Assembly: GCA_905178155.1 (NCBI GenBank)
Contig: CAJINV010000007.1
Coordinates: 1,767,341 to 1,831,340, forward strand
Reading direction: 5' to 3'
Length of the DNA stretch: 64,000 nucleotides
Source of the DNA: Amoebophrya sp. A120
Lineage: Eukaryota; Protista; Dinoflagellata
In this document: piece after piece, positions 63,801 through 64,000 of the stretch
Layout of the letters: each line of letters begins with the position of its first letter
Position numbering within the stretch: the first letter of the stretch is position 1
The notes under the pieces: model-generated
Told to the model about the DNA's origin: nothing
Seen by the model: the letters and a program-made list of their open reading frames with translations, nothing else
Database searches by the model: none
Made by a program: the position numbers and the translations under genes

Positions 63801-64000
63801 CAATCCGTCCTACCACGGGCCGGGCGCTTACCGGGCGATGCGCGACTACATGTTGGCCTTCGAAACGATCGTCGGGGCCCCGGCCGGGGAGGCCCAGGGC
63901 CTGGTGGCCCAATGGAACATGGCGGTCGCGGGCACTTACGGCATGCTGAAGGACAACCAGTGCGCCGACAACGGAATGACCACTAACTGGTTCAAGGTTT
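60819..64000 (+). CDS. Membrane-anchored glycoside hydrolase family 8 (endoglucanase/chitosanase-like), 3' end beyond window; exons ~60819-61367 (with an apparent 1-nt frameshift), 61648-62202, 62525-62574, 62730-62868, 63142-63230, 63398->64000
   Basis: After introner removal: VVSEGQGYGVWM, CLPHWK, GSASDGDLDGIVGMILL, NNPSYHGPGAYR and NGMTTNWF, matching GH8 motifs (SEGxGY, ATDGDxDIA, NPSY, GLVPDW). Hydrophobic helix at ~61810-61885 followed by a P/T/S/A linker. Confidence 0.85.
61368..61642. mobile_element. Degenerate introner (275 bp); TSD GACAT/GACAC (61363-61367 / 61643-61647)
   Basis: TATGC...GCATA ends with a decayed inner TIR (AATCCGCTCCTACTACCCCT vs AATCCCCACCGACGATCCCT). Removal gives FDDD-(I/T)GREDDDSEFVGPP in frame; the nearby GT/AG pair is phase-incompatible. 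Confidence 0.72.
62203..62519. mobile_element. Introner (317 bp), AAAAATGCCCCC family; TSD TCCAA (62198-62202 / 62520-62524)
   Basis: TATGACAAAGAAAAATGCCCCCTCCCCATATC vs TATGAACAAGAAAAATCCCCCCTGCCCATATC. Removal gives AGDS-NTRRQQFFKDY. Confidence 0.9.
62575..62724. mobile_element. Introner (150 bp), GCAAAAGTATCG family; TSD CGTGA (62570-62574 / 62725-62729)
   Basis: TATGCATTGCAAAAGCATCGTACTAGTATAAATCGCA vs TATCCACTGCAAAAGTATCGCACTCGTATGAATTGCA. Removal gives LETV-TFDGKS. Confidence 0.92.
62869..63136. mobile_element. Introner (268 bp), GTCTGGGTCTGG family; TSD AACTA (62864-62868 / 63137-63141)
   Basis: TATGGATTGTAAAAATGTCTGAGTCT vs TATCAAGAGTAAAAATGTCTGGGTCT. Removal gives VANN-YRKATGNAAY. 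Confidence 0.9.
63231..63392. mobile_element. Introner (162 bp), diverged GCAAAAGTATCG family; TSD CCTCT/CTTCT (63226-63230 / 63393-63397)
   Basis: Left TATGCATTGCAAAAG..TATCGTACT and right TACGAGTGCGATAGTCTTGCACATGATA match the 150-bp family. Removal gives QMCY(L/F)-SRDNDMIDRF in frame with the GH8 motifs. Confidence 0.85.

Overview
Eukaryotic, intron-containing genomic DNA with all recognisable genes on the + strand. The style (long co-oriented gene block, low-complexity-expanded proteins, many non-canonical introns bounded by inverted and direct repeats) best fits the parasitic dinoflagellate Amoebophrya (Syndiniales); this is an inference. Genes: a 5'-truncated DDX3/Ded1 helicase, an IQ-motif/coiled-coil protein, a PP2C phosphatase, three hypothetical proteins, a Tctex1-type dynein light chain, a DBP2/DDX5 helicase, a ~5,400-aa C2 + CEP76/CC2D2A-like + Neuralized-repeat protein, and a 3'-truncated membrane-anchored GH8 glycoside hydrolase. 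The main signal is 13 insertions (150 bp to 3.3 kb) inside coding exons. Each has TAY...RTA terminal inverted repeats (TIRs) and a 5-bp target-site duplication (TSD), and removing the element plus one TSD copy restores the reading frame in all 13. These are transposon-derived non-canonical introns (introners). Unrelated families share a bipartite TIR consensus (TAY-N7-AAAA-N-TG) and an internal GCATNACAAA motif, and both that motif and GTAY donors also occur in the canonical GT-AG introns. Exon boundaries were worked out by hand and are unverified by transcripts.
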